Source: Octopus bimaculoides
Lineage: Eukaryota
NCBI RefSeq assembly: GCF_001194135.2
Contig: NC_068990.1
Coordinates: forward strand, 79,914,170-79,978,169
Reading direction: 5' to 3'
DNA length: 64,000 nucleotides
Every line of letters starts with the position of its first letter. Positions within the stretch are counted from its first letter, which is position 1. Positions 1-13,555 of this stretch are shown piece after piece. The notes beneath the pieces are model-generated. The model worked only from the letters and a program-made list of their open reading frames with translations. It had not been told where the DNA came from and did not search any database. The translations under genes were made by a program, and so were the position numbers.

Positions 1-59
1 ATTAATATATGACTAATTACCAGATCTTATAATAATTATATATATATATATATATAGAT

Positions 60-68
60 AGATAGATG

Positions 69-151
<83 letters not shown>

Positions 152-152
152 A
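60..152. repeat. (ATCT)n microsatellite; similar arrays at ~4752-4828, 11595-11692, 22310-22365, 29785-29855, 48705-48778
   Basis: Direct inspection. Confidence 0.95.
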
Positions 153-1079
153 TATACCCACACAGACACTCACATAGGTGTATATATATGTGTGTGTACG
201 CCCGTGTGTGTATTAATTATCAGTGGTCTATATTGTCGTCGCATATGTTTACAAAGTGCTTCATGTTTTAGCAAAAATAATCGTGAATAGAAATCTTGGT
301 AATGCACGCGCACATGCATGTATGCACACATCGACACCAACACACACACATGCATATGCAAATACAAACACACAAGTACAATCATAGACACACACGTTTG
401 TATATCAACGTTAATCTGGCATCATTGATCACAATGCTTAATAAAACTTGGGATACTTACGAATAGGGGCAGAAGGCATTTCACTTGATCAATCTAGACC
501 AACAAAATCAATCTACTAATGTGAAGTGTGAGCGCTCTAGTTATTAGAAATAGCGGCTAAATGTCCATCAAGTGATACTCTTTCAGTGTCTGAAAAGGAA
601 GAATACATTGGAAAATATAGTTCCAGATATATTCTGCCCGAAGACGGGTATTAAAGTAAGTTACGCTTATAATCAGAAGTACATAATCATAGCTGATCTA
701 GGACAAAGTTATGACAGTAGCAAGAACATCACAATCGTCAACAACATCACGAGCAAAAGACATCAACAACAACAGTCACTTTTAACAATACTGATGAAAA
801 ATTAATGAAATATTTAAGTGATTGTTCCTCACTGGTATATCTTCTTGGCACGTCAAATAAGGAAGAAAACACGAAGAGAAACAACACCGATTGGAAGCAA
901 AGACAACATCATCGACAAAAATCCCAGCACGAATGGTATGAATAATAAAAAATGGTAACAAGATTCTGAATTCTACACAATGTATCCGAGTTAATGGCAT
1001 GTGAGTTATCGTTGTTAATTCCCAAGAATGAATTAAACATGTGATAGAAAACTTTATTCTCAACTGAATGATATTCTTT

Positions 1080-1114
1080 GAAGATAATAACAGTGATGAC
1101 GATGACAATAATAG

Positions 1115-1151
<37 letters not shown>

Positions 1152-1270
1152 CAGTAATGATGATGCTGACAATGATGATGATGATGATGACAATAATAAC
1201 AACGATGGTGATGATGGCAATAATAATAATAATAATGATAATAATAATTATAATGATGATAATAATAAAA
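1080..1270. repeat. (AAT)/(GAT) compound trinucleotide tract
   Basis: Direct inspection; source of the poly-N/D/I ORFs. Confidence 0.9.
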
Positions 1271-2079
1271 AATATGGTAGATGCAATATTATGAATACAG
1301 AAAAATGCATGAACGACATTATATAACAGGGTCGAGTATACCATGATATAATTCATACGGTAGTAATAGTTATTATGTTTCTAGCTTTTGTAGTTGTAGC
1401 AGCACTGTCAATGGAATATGATGCTAATGCATACTCGGGGAAAAAAGTAGTTTCCCTCCCTCAAAACGGAAGCCATCAGATAAAGAAAGATTACGTTATT
1501 ATGAGTTAGAAACCAGCTATTTTTAACATCATTAGCATTGTTACATCACGGAAACGTTTTAGAATCATGGCGAGTCAAACATGTGTTTGTGGAAACGCAT
1601 ACACTTGCACACGATCGCAAATATACATACATATACACACTGATATACGCAGATACATACAAACACACGTTCATGTACATAGACAAACACATGTACACAC
1701 ATATACACGTACCCACACACACACACACACACACACGCACACATACATAGATGGGTAGATAGGTAGATCGATATAATACAAATATGTGTATATATAAATA
1801 TGTATTTGTATATATCTAGTAATAGCTATGTGTGCATATCTATCTATATATATCTATATATCTTTATCTCTATATAAATGTGTGTGTGTGTATATGTATG
1901 TTACATTTGTATGTATGTATGCAAGTATATCATACTGGATAGAAATATTGAAGGTTTTTAAACATCTAATTTAGAGCAATGTATCTGAGTTCAGAATGGA
2001 TCTCCTAAATCTGATCAATAACGATTGGAATTAACCCACGAAATACCAATCAGGATGTAGGATGCTGAATCGATGAATT

Positions 2080-3007
2080 CTGGAACCAACTGCTGCTGAA
2101 GATTATGGTGACATGACCATGTCATTCCATGTTGTTGTTGTTGCGAAAAAGACAGAATCTTTTATGACGTTATTTAATATGAAAAAAAAAACGAGCCTGT
2201 CAAGCAGGGGTCGGACAAGGGGACGGATGGGTCATACTGCTTGGTGTTTACATAGACACATAGCAATTCATTCCTAAAAAGTGTAATGCTTTCAGGAATA
2301 TTGGAGAGTTGTTTATCTGAGCATGTATCCCTGGTGCCTTAGACAAGAAGTATAATCCAGAGGGAACGTCTATCAGTTTGTGTGAAGCCTGTGGCGCTGA
2401 AGGTTTCCGAAAATGTCAGAGGAACAGTGAAGAACAGTATTATGGTGCAAACGGCGCTTTCCGTTGTCTCGTTGAGTCTAGCGGAGATGTGGCATTTGTT
2501 CGTCACTTGACACCTAGGGATAATACGGAATGGCGGAACCATGCAAAATGAGCCAGGAACCGGCGCTCTGATGACTACGAATTGTTGTGTAAAGGTGATG
2601 GTCGTGCTAACATCGATGACTGGGAGAAGTGTCAACTTGGTAAAGTTCCTGCAAATGCCATTGTTACTGGAAGTTATAAAGATAACAGCACAATTCAAAA
2701 TTACTGGAATCTCCTGAATTATGGACAAGAATTTTTCTTATCAGTCACTGATGGTGATTTCCATATGTTTGATTCTGGAACCTACTACAACGATCTCTTG
2801 TTCATTGATTCTGCTGTTCGACTGATGCAGCTTCCAGAAGAGAAGCAGAATTACCAGACCTACCTTGGCCCCAATTTCATCAGCCAAATTAAGGCTCTCA
2901 AGCAGTACACATGTATGCCTATAGATGGCAACCCCACCCAGCGACTCTCACCTTCCCTCTTACTTGCAACTCTCTCTTTTGTCTTTTTCTTCTCATCTCT
3001 CCTTTAA
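2080..3007 (+). pseudogene. MELTF: Melanotransferrin-like (transferrin family) C-lobe plus GPI-anchor signal; intronless and disabled
   Basis: Manual translation: LEPTAAEDYGDMTMSFHVVVVAKKTESFMTLFNMKKK (from 2080), +1 shift in the A10 run 2182-2191, then RACQAGVGQGDGWVI...DT*QFIPKKCNAFRNIGELFI*ACIPGALDKKYNPEGTSISLCEACGAEGFRKCQRNSEEQYYGANGAFRCLVESSGDVAFVRHLTPRDNTEWRNHAK*ARNRRSDDYELLC...CQLGKVPANAIVT...DLLFIDSAVRL...hydrophobic tail, TAA at 3005-3007. Transferrin motifs (AEDYG, C..G.G...GW, C.PG, Y.G..GAFRCL.E..GDVAFV.H, YELLC, DLLF.D) occur in the correct order. In-frame stops: TAG 2261, TGA 2318, TGA 2549. Symbol is given at family level; orthology is not established. Confidence 0.9.
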
Positions 3008-3044
3008 CTGCCCTCCTCTACTACTCCCCATTCACACCATGTAT

Positions 3045-3095
<51 letters not shown>

Positions 3096-3768
3096 NNNNN
3101 NNNNNNNNNNNNNNNNNNNNNNNNNNNNNNNNNNNNNNNNNNNNNNNNNNNNNNNNNNNNNNNNNNNNNNNNNNNNNNNNNNNNNNNNNNNNNNNNNNNN
3201 NNNNNNNNNNNNNNNNNNNNNNNNNNNNNNNNNNNNNNNNNNNNNNNNNNNNNNNNNNNNNNNNNNNNNNNNNNNNNNNNNNNNNNNNNNNNNNNNNNNN
3301 NNNNNNNNNNNNNNNNNNNNNNNNNNNNNNNNNNNNNNNNNNNNNNNNNNNNNNNNNNNNNNNNNNNNNNNNNNNNNNNNNNNNNNNNNNNNNNNNNNNN
3401 NNNNNNNNNNNNNNNNNNNNNNNNNNNNNNNNNNNNNNNNNNNNNNNNNNNNNNNNNNNNNNNNNNNNNNNNNNNNNNNNNNNNNNNNNNNNNNNNNNNN
3501 NNNNNNNNNNNNNNNNNNNNNNNNNNNNNNNNNNNNNNNNNNNNNNNNNNNNNNNNNNNNNNNNNNNNNNNNNNNNNNNNCACCCTGAACGGAGAAAGAA
3601 CGCAGTTCTCAACTGAAGTTCGTTGTGTCATGTAATTCAGTTTGCAAACAATAGAATTCACTCTAAATAAACGATACGTTTTACTTACTGCATTGATTAC
3701 TATCTTTTAGCTGTTGACAAACTATAACATTTGAATGTCTATCAATCTGCTTATATATCTATATTTAC

Positions 3769-3826
<58 letters not shown>

Positions 3827-4751
3827 CTTTATATAAGAGAATAATAGGCTATACAAGCAAACAACACACATTGCACACACATAGACACACGCACACACGC
3901 ACGCACGCACGCACGCAAGCTCACATATTTTATTTATAATATATTTTATGAGCATATAAAATGTATATTTTGTAAAAAATTTAAATAAACATGTGTAAAA
4001 ATATATCTGTAGAGAGAAGATAAGGAGAGAGTGAGGAAGCGAGAGAGAGAGAGAGAGAGATTAAGAGACTGAGAGAAATGAATGAACAAATGAACTAATT
4101 CGATCAAAGAATTAACCTCGTGGGTAGAAGTGTATGAAGTACAAGTTTTGCTTGCAAAGAATTGTGAATATGACAGCTGACTGGAAAAGAAAAGTTGTTG
4201 CTTTTTATTCAAGTAAACTACAAATGTCCTTAAGAAATTATTCATGAATATCAAAGACATTTAAAATAATAAATAGCTGTTCATTTATCTAAGAAATCAA
4301 ATATTATGTTTATTTTTTTATAGACACAGTCCAGAATTACTGCAATAGTTTATGTGAAGTGAATTAATGTTATTAAGAAAATATATTTGCAAAAATCTTT
4401 CAAATTTGGAATTATAACCATATCAAAACAAGCTATGGGTATAATTCGAGGGAAATTTGGCAAAACGACATACACACATATTAACTCAGCAGTTCCTCAG
4501 TTACTGGTCTGCTGCTCTTAATTCTTGTAGCAGACAAACAGAAAGATCTTGAAAATAGCTGCAACTTGAGGTATCCAACATACATGGTTAAAAATTTCCA
4601 AATGTAATACAAACTTGAAATTATACGACAGGAAGTGGAAATAGAGAAATTTACGGGAATCGAAACGCGCGACTATTTTGTACCACTTGATTATGCTCCC
4701 GAGTACACAGAAAACTCTCTCTCTCCCTTTCCCTCTTTCTCTCTCTCTCCA

Positions 4752-4830
<79 letters not shown>

Positions 4831-5528
4831 TATTTTGATCCATGCTACTTCGTGTACATATAGTGAATGCACATGCACGCGCTAACACACACACACGTGT
4901 ATGTGTGTGTGTATATATGTGTGTGCTACACTGCAAGTGTGTATAGTCTGAATATATGTTTATTTATGTGTAAACTAAATATGATTACATTTTCGCTTGA
5001 AGTGTTTGCTCGTTCAATCGATCATTTGGTTGATAGTACAGATTTTTCCCATTCCAGTAATGTGTACAGTCGACAGCAAAGGATCGATCCAACGGAGACA
5101 TAGCTAGAAAACGTAATCCAATTCATCTAACACACACACACACGCACTCGCAAAATACACATATGCCGTTCTTAATTGAAAACACATTGCAGTATACAGT
5201 AAACCCAGAGGTTCAACACTCAAGGGAATATCGAAATCTACATTTCGTCATCGTATATATTATTTTGTATCTGATTAAAAAATTGAATCTAATTGAAATT
5301 ACGATTCTACAAAGTTGCTTTCCCTTTCACATGTTACGTGGCTTGAAATTTTTATTAGGAATTGATTACATTGACACCACATTTCTCTCGCATACTGCTC
5401 TACGCATTTCATTAAACTGCAAAACAGCCATCCATTTAACCCATCAACTAGCCAATCGAATGTTCTTCTTTCTAGGACCTCTCTCTTTCTCCTTTTATCT
5501 AAACAGAGAGATAAAGAGAAGTAGATAA

Positions 5529-5590
<62 letters not shown>

Positions 5591-6216
5591 TAGTTTTGTG
5601 GTTGAAAATGCACCTTTGTTTTTCAGTGATCAATAAAAAGTAAAAATAAAAAATTCTTAAAACTGGTATGGTATTTTAACGAATTCATAAAAAAATTTAA
5701 AAAACTACAATTCCTTTTAAGGGTCAGTGCATTTTCAACGACAAAACCAGTTTTCATTTGATCTTGATAACATGAAAGTAAACGTTTGATATATATATAT
5801 ATATATATGTATATAGGAAATTAGTATTTGTTCGAGTTTTATTGATGTAGACGTTTTGCAATAGTCTCTCTGCAAGTGATACACAACCGAATGACCAAGT
5901 TGAAGTATTAAGAAACACGTTTGTTAAAGCATCAGCCATTTCATAAGGATAGGATAAATATATATAAGTATATACATATATATTTGCATATAACCACACA
6001 CATGTAGACACATGCATAAATATATATTTAACTAAGCATACATAATAATTATGGTAAACTGTACTCATAGGAATGTCTGAATTTGTTTTAGAACCAATAC
6101 TGACTATTGTTAATTGCACAAATCATTTAGTTATAAGTAAATAAACCGGTTTACCAACTTACAAATATAATAATCGCTACACAGTTCTACTACAGATATA
6201 TTTAATCATTCTGAGG

Positions 6217-7321
6217 TACGAGGGTGGGCTGAAACGTTCATAGGCTAAATATGAAGGAGTGGCGCTAGAGCTGTGAAATAAAGGGTGTAGACCCCAAAGA
6301 CACTCATGCAGACATGGTTGCTATATTAGGGGATGATGTTCTAGCTTTATCAACAGCGCAAAGATGCGCATCAGAATTTAGGAGGGGAATGGAGAGTATT
6401 GAAGATGGACGTCCTGAAATTGCCACCACCTACGAAGATATTAATCGTGTTCAAGGCATGGTGATGGATTACAGGGGATTGACTCAAATCACATAGCCAA
6501 TGTTATTAATATATAACCTGTGAGAGTTGAGGATATTCTGGACAATGAACTTGGCGTGACGAAGGTTTCTGTTCGGTGGGTGCCATGTCTTCTACCAACT
6601 TATCAAAAGTTCAGCATGGGAAATTCTGACGTTGTTTGAGGTAAGTTCGGCTGGTTTCTTTGAACGTTATCTTATTTAAGATGAGTGTTGGGTTCATCAT
6701 TTTGAGCCAGAGAGAAAGAGACAAGCCTACAGGGCAAACATATCTCCTCACATGCTCCAAAGAAAGCCAATACTTTTTCATCTGCAGGGAAGATGATGGT
6801 CTTAGTTTCTTGAGATGATAAAGGTATTGTCTTTGTTGACTATCTCCCAAAGCGCCACACTATGAATTGAGAGTACTATGCCAACCTGCTGAGGCTGTTA
6901 CGAAAGGCTATCAAGACCAGCGCTCAGGAAAACTAACTTAAGGGATCTTGTTTCACCAGGACAATGCTCCAGCATGCAAGTCCTTAGTCTCAATGGCTGC
7001 TGTGCGTGACTCCGGCTTTGAACTGGTTGATCATTTTTTCCTATTCTCCTCATTTGGTTCCTTTAGATTTTCACCTGTTTTCCAACATCAAAAAACATTT
7101 GGCTGGGAACCAATATAGCAGTGATGACGTCATATATGCTGCTGATAACTTCTTTGATTAACTGGGTGAAAGTTTCTTCACCAATGGGATGCAAGCACTG
7201 CAACACCGAAAGAAAAAAGTGTGTGGAATGTAAGGGAAATATGTTGAAGACGAAACCTCATTTGGTCATATTCCATAACAGTATCTTGGTCAGCTTATGA
7301 ACATTTCAGCCGGCCTTCTGA
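6217..7321 (+). mobile_element. Tc1/mariner (mariner-type DDD) DNA transposon, near full length, degenerate transposase
   Basis: Imperfect TIRs tacgagggtgggctgaaacgttcataggcta (6217) and cagcttatgaacatttcagccggccttctga (~7291-7321). Broken frames give KVSVRWVP, DECWVHHFEPE, SAGKMMV, KGILFHQDNAPA and YSPHLVPLDFHLFSNIKKHLAG. Confidence 0.9.
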
Positions 7322-8186
7322 GATATTTTACAAGGCTTAGTAAAACGGAAGAACTGCTGCAATAAGTGTGTGAATCTGTGTGGGAACTACGTTGAATAAA
7401 ATCATAGTTAACTGATCCTCCTGTATTTTGCTTTACCCAAAGCGAAAAATTATTTTAACACACCTCATATATATATATATANNNNNNNNNNNNNNNNNNN
7501 NNNNNNNNNNNNNNNNNNNNNNNNNNNNNNNNNNNNNNNNNNNNNNNNNNNNNNNNNNNNNNNNNNNNNNNNNNNNNNNNNNNNNNNNNNNNNNNNNNNN
7601 NNNNNNNNNNNNNNNNNNNNNNNNNNNNNNNNNNNNNNNNNNNNNNNNNNNNNNNNNNNNNNNNNNNNNNNNNNNNNNNNNNNATATATACATATAGACG
7701 CGCGCACACATACACACATATATATATATAGAAAGAGAGAGTGAAAGAGAAAGACAAGCACACACACATGTGCATATATATACAAACTGAAATTAGGCAC
7801 AAATAATAACAGCACATAAACATAAACGAATCGAACGAAAAATAAGCAATAGCTTCCCCAGACATTTTCGTTGCATCGATACCTAGAAACACATTTACCT
7901 TACTGACGTTAACGATCATGCGATGCAGTCCCTTGGACATTGATAATGGGGAGATGATAAGTAAAAGCCAAGAGGAATATATAGCTAATTCTTGGTAACT
8001 GGCAAAGATGAAGCATAAAGACGCTAAAAAAATATTGTGAAGAATTAGAGTCTGTCAGAAAGAGAAAGACATTAGTTTTTGATAGTAAAAATAAAAGAAA
8101 AGAAGATGAGTAACAATGCAGCAAGTACGATGCCAAAAAAGGATATCGAAGAAAATACTAAGTTGGTAATATATACATATATATAT

Positions 8187-8777
8187 AGATTGAGAAATAA
8201 TGAATTTGTTATGACGATACCCGATACCTAAGTTACGTTCGGCTACGGAGTTGTGTTCGTATAATTCTTGACGTTTGAAACAAATATCGCATGCTTTACT
8301 ACCATGCTGGATTCGTAGTAATGGATTCGTTGTCTTTCTGTTCTGTATAATCACAGGAGCTTATAGTAAACAGGAAAGAAACTTACATATCATTAAGTTT
8401 TCTTTCTAAACCTTTTTATGTAATGTCAAACTANNNNNNNNNNNNNNNNNNNNNNNNNNNNNNNNNNNNNNNNNNNNNNNNNNNNNNNNNNNNNNNNNNN
8501 NNNNNTATATATATGCATACATATATATATAGATTGAGAAATAATGAATTTGTTATGACGATACCCGATACCTAAGTTACGTTCGGCTACGGAGTTGTGT
8601 TCGTATAATTCTTGACGTTTGAAACAAATATCGCATGCTTTACTACCATGCTGGATTCGTAGTAATGGATTCGTTGTCTTTCTGTTCTGTATAATCACAG
8701 GAGCTTATAGTAAACAGGAAAGAAACTTACATATCATTAAGTTTTCTTTCTAAACCTTTTTATGTAATGTCAAACTA
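8187..8777. repeat. Identical ~247 bp direct duplication across an N-gap (likely assembly artefact)
   Basis: 8187-8433 is repeated at 8531-8777 (offset 344) on either side of gap 8434-8505. Confidence 0.85.
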
Positions 8778-10759
8778 AATATCAAAAGTTTGAAGAAGAT
8801 AATATCAAATTTCTAATATATCTAATTGGCTTGCAAATATCTGAAGCTTGTGATGAAAAGATTCAAAGTTTTAACAAATACTGTAATTCTTAACATATTT
8901 CATTTTATTCTTATTTAATTTAATTTTATAATTATAAATATATCTTTGTTAGTATCGTAATACATATTAGCAATTATGATCATAATTTCTTTTTAGGTTT
9001 CTTCTGGAAAACTATTTGAAATTTCTATTTAACAATCTTATTCTGTCGAAAGAATATTAGAATAAATATCTTATTGCCATTCTTACATTAATATTCATAC
9101 ATTAGCATTGTTACATTAATATCACATACTATTGAAAACTTTTTCAATGTCAATTTTAGAATGTCTGTTATGTTTTTTTTCTCTGTATAGTAATTCTAAA
9201 CTGTGGACTCCTTTACTGTCCACATTTTGGCATAAGCATTGTATCACTGGCGTATCCGTTTTTCACTGCATCCTCTGAAGCGAGTACTTCGCCCAAATAT
9301 AACTGATGCGTTAAAAAAATAGTATAGAACTTGAAATATTCTTGTACATCTTAAAAGAATATGTGATGTATGAGTAGTTGGTAAATTGTTTTGAAATTCC
9401 TTCCGTTGTTTGAGAATTAAACTGAAAGTTGAATAAGCAAGCTAATTTTGATTTAGAATTACTTTACTATTGGCAAATAATCCCAAACGGAAACTCGAAT
9501 CATCAAAGATTTAACAATTCTTGCATATTTTACAATTTGAGTACGGAAACTCGGAGATGATGTATGATGGAACACAAAATTCGTATATGGTAAATTGTGG
9601 GCTGACATCACTTTCCAACTCATTTCAATTTCTCTACAAGAGAAATCATATTTAATTCCTCTTCTATCACAGTGACGTAACGAATTGTTGAGGCATGCAC
9701 GTCTGTGTAATCTGAATAATAATAACATAGCTGCATATAATTTCACAAACTTGAAAACTCATTGATTATCACCGACCTTCTAATATTGTAAATTACTGCA
9801 TGAATGAGTCTAGATTGCGATGATATTGAACCAACCTGGACAGTAAATTATTTGTCTTTCAATTTTAAGAAACGTTTCAATACTGAGATGACCAACATGG
9901 ATTCATCTCAAAAATGAGCTTCCTTGATTTTCACTCTTCAAATCCTATTTTTGAATTATTGTAGATTACTCCTCTCAACGAAATTAATCTCGAATATTCT
10001 ATTACGTTTCGATTTTTGACTAAAAATACTGCTATTCCACATCTAAAATGTTCTCTGCATTGTTGTTAAACATATCATACTGACGCTATGTTTGAAGTTG
10101 TTAGCACAAAAATGAGATTTTATTCATTTATAGAAATAACTTAAAATAAGAAGTACACTGCAAAGATATATAAGAAATTTATATCTGTACGGTGAGTAAT
10201 ATTTCCTATAGCTATTGTTGATAAATAGGAAATTATATCAGTACAAATATTAGATACAACTGAGACTAAGTAGAACATGTTTTAGTGAAGAAGTCAAATA
10301 ACATCGAACATCAATTTATCCTTTCGAAAGTTGACATAAAAATCTAGATTCACTCTAATCCCTGTTCTCCTTATCGTCCAAAAATTTCGTTTAGGTAGTC
10401 TTATTAGGATTATTTCCTTTACGTGTTCTAAGATTTTGAATATCCTTATCATGAAGTTTATCCGCTAATTGCTTGGGATATCTTAGTTCATCGAAGTTTT
10501 TCAACTTAAGATATATATATATATATATATATATGCATTTGTATTTTGTATCAGCCATATTGTTAGATTTCAATATTCAATCTACTGTACAGAAGTCTAC
10601 AAATATGATTTGATACATTAAATAATGATATTTATGGTTGAATATACACCATAATATTAAATTTATTTAACAATTCCGCACAAGAAATTTGACTAATATG
10701 ACTAAAATCGCTGTGAGTTTTTTTTAGAGGAAAATACACTTTTATTGAGGGTAGTTAGG

Positions 10760-10870
10760 ACTTAGATGGGCAATTGCTTGGAAAATCTAGGTGCTGTAAG
10801 TAAAACCATTACACGGTGGTGCTCTGGCATGGTCAGAGTTCAATGACTGAAATAAGTAAAAGATAAAAGT
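10760..10870 (+). mobile_element. SINE family A, 3' fragment
   Basis: ggtggtgctctggcatggtcagagttcaatgactgaaataagtaaaagataaaag. Confidence 0.6.
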
Positions 10871-11610
10871 TATTACGGGGAAAAGGCAATCAACATCAGA
10901 GCAAATATAAAAGAAATTCTATGTGCAGGAATGAGCAGTATTAAGATGAAAATCATAGATACGAGAATGATGCATTTCAAGCAGTTGCTGGAACATTCGT
11001 TATGGCGAGCTTTCGGCCAGAAGACATTCTGCGATGTTTAACTTTTCTCTGATACTTCGACACTAAAGCAAAATCAATTTTCGTTTCCTCTCTTTTTTGG
11101 TGGCTATATATTTACAATTTTAACTTATTGTGATAACACTCGAAATACCATGCTGAAAATGTGACTGAAAATCATTTAAAAATATTGTTGTGAACTTTTA
11201 CTTGTTCACAAATCATAAATTTTTGTTATACCGCTGAATATATATAATGATTGCCAGATTATACGCGAACATCAAGAAAAGCCACGGACGTCTATACTGC
11301 AATTTAAAATCTAAGTCTTCGTAATAAGTTTGGCTGAGGCAATTTTTTAAAACTTCCGACAGCTATTTTGGGATTTCGATAGCAACAACAAATATGATAT
11401 TTTCAATCGTAACAATGTTTTTAAAATGAATGTGTCATGTTTACATTGCCAACCACAGCAAAGTATCATAGAGATGCATATATAAACACATAATATATGA
11501 ATATACATGCGCACACATACATACATACATACATACATACATACATACATGTACATATATAACTCATGAATATAAATAAACGTATATACTTGAATCTATC
11601 TATCTATCTG

Positions 11611-11693
<83 letters not shown>

Positions 11694-13430
11694 GTACACG
11701 CGTACTCACATACACGCACACACACATACACACACACATTAAACTTTTAATTTAGTGAATTCTCGAAATAAATACGCACTGAATCAGTCCATTGCTTTAA
11801 ACGATGAGAAATCGTTAAGAAACAACTATATTATTATAAAAACTTTTATTTAAAATAAAAATAATATAACATGGCTGTCCTACTGGGTTGATCTTCTAGA
11901 GAGATTTTAGAACCAACATTTTTGCTTGTTACCAAATCCGTGACTGTGTATTCGCTTGAAATATATTGCGTGCAGAAGCTGTTATCATCTCAAGCAGGCG
12001 AGGTGTCCAATACCGAGGTGTGGCAGAAATAGCCCGAAACCAGGACTGGTCTACTAGTCCCGTCGCTAGGAGACGGTAGGGGTTTGCTCCCCTGCTCGCA
12101 ATTTTATCGGATGTAGCTGTGCATCATTAATCAACTAGAGATGTCCTCTTGGAATTGAAAACTCACGATGGAGTCCGCTCGAACGGACAGCAATGTTGGA
12201 GTGGCTACGAATATTATTTGCCGGTACAACTATTACGTTGATCTCCTTTAGAGAAATTTTAGATCTAAATATAAATACAATCTATACACATAATAATATT
12301 CACAGATGTAGGTTAACCCGATGGATGATAAACGTTTGATTATTACTTTTATCATCTAAGCAGAATTCCATACTCCATTTATGTACCACATAAGCTTTCT
12401 GATATCTCATATTTGATATGAAACTAAATACTACACTTTGATAATTGTTGAATAGCGTTAACGTAATGTTGGACGTTACAGTCACAATTCATTGAGTGCA
12501 AAAACTATTTTAATTCTAATCGTCAATTCAGATTTTTATGTATTGTCAGGAAGGAAGGCAGTACTCATGATCCTTTATAGATTTCCTGAGACCGATGAAT
12601 AAGAGGGAAGAAAGAAAGTATTCTCAAACCAGAGACCTGGCCCGAATTCTTGCAACAGAATAGATTCAGCTTAAGACCCTTAAGATGTCAGGTGTTGGAA
12701 TTAAAGCCTGTTACAATTCCCAAAGTAAACTGCCGATTTTGAACAAATACCGTGAAGCATTCGGTCCGACGTTTTACAGTAACACATACCCATTCTTTCC
12801 GATTGGCACTTAATTATATCAAAGGGAGACGGATGGAAGGCGAAGTTGATTTCGAGAAGATTTTTATTCCAGATTGCATAGGGTTGGGACAAAAACCATG
12901 AAACTTTGACGAATGTGGCATTTCAGCTAAATGCCGTTGAGGCGCAGTAACGTGGAAGATTAAAGATTTTCAACGAACAAAGATTCTGTCCATAGCCAAT
13001 CAACAAGACGACCTATGGTGGAAGATGATAAAATTGATACTGCCAGATAAACAATAGAAAGGTTGCAAAGTAAGAAGACAAATTGAAGTTTAGAAAATGT
13101 CTCACCAGTTTCATTTCATACAGAGATTCTACGAAACAAAGCAATATGTTTTCATAATGTTGCTAATACAAAAGCTAGACAACAAGCGCTCTCAAAATAA
13201 GATAATCAAATGAAATAAGAAATGAATTTATTGAAAGTGAACACCACAATTTTGAAATTATGTAAAATGTGTGATGAAAAGGAGGTGACAGCTGGATAGA
13301 AAATTTACTGCGTTTTGACACAAATCGAATTTTTTAATGATTTATTAAACTGTAACTGAGTGGGAAGATTAAGTTTTTTTTTATTATTAGTGAACTAAAA
13401 TAATTGCAACGGAAATATTTTCACTAAAAA

Positions 13431-13474
<44 letters not shown>

Positions 13475-13555
13475 CATGTGTGTGTGTATGCACGTGTGTG
13501 TCTGTATGTGTGTGTGTGTGCGTGTACAACTGTGTATGTGTTATACATATATATA

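Noticed and set aside
572-1000. Upstream exons of the transferrin gene (gtaag donor at ~656; frame HWYIFLARQIRKK)
   Set aside because: No transferrin motifs in any frame; short frames bounded by stops.
5754-6119. 121-aa minus ORF with a protein-like middle (EMADALTNVFLNTSTWSFGCVSLAERLLQ)
   Set aside because: Both ends are (TA)-repeat derived; no convincing splice pair or known motif.
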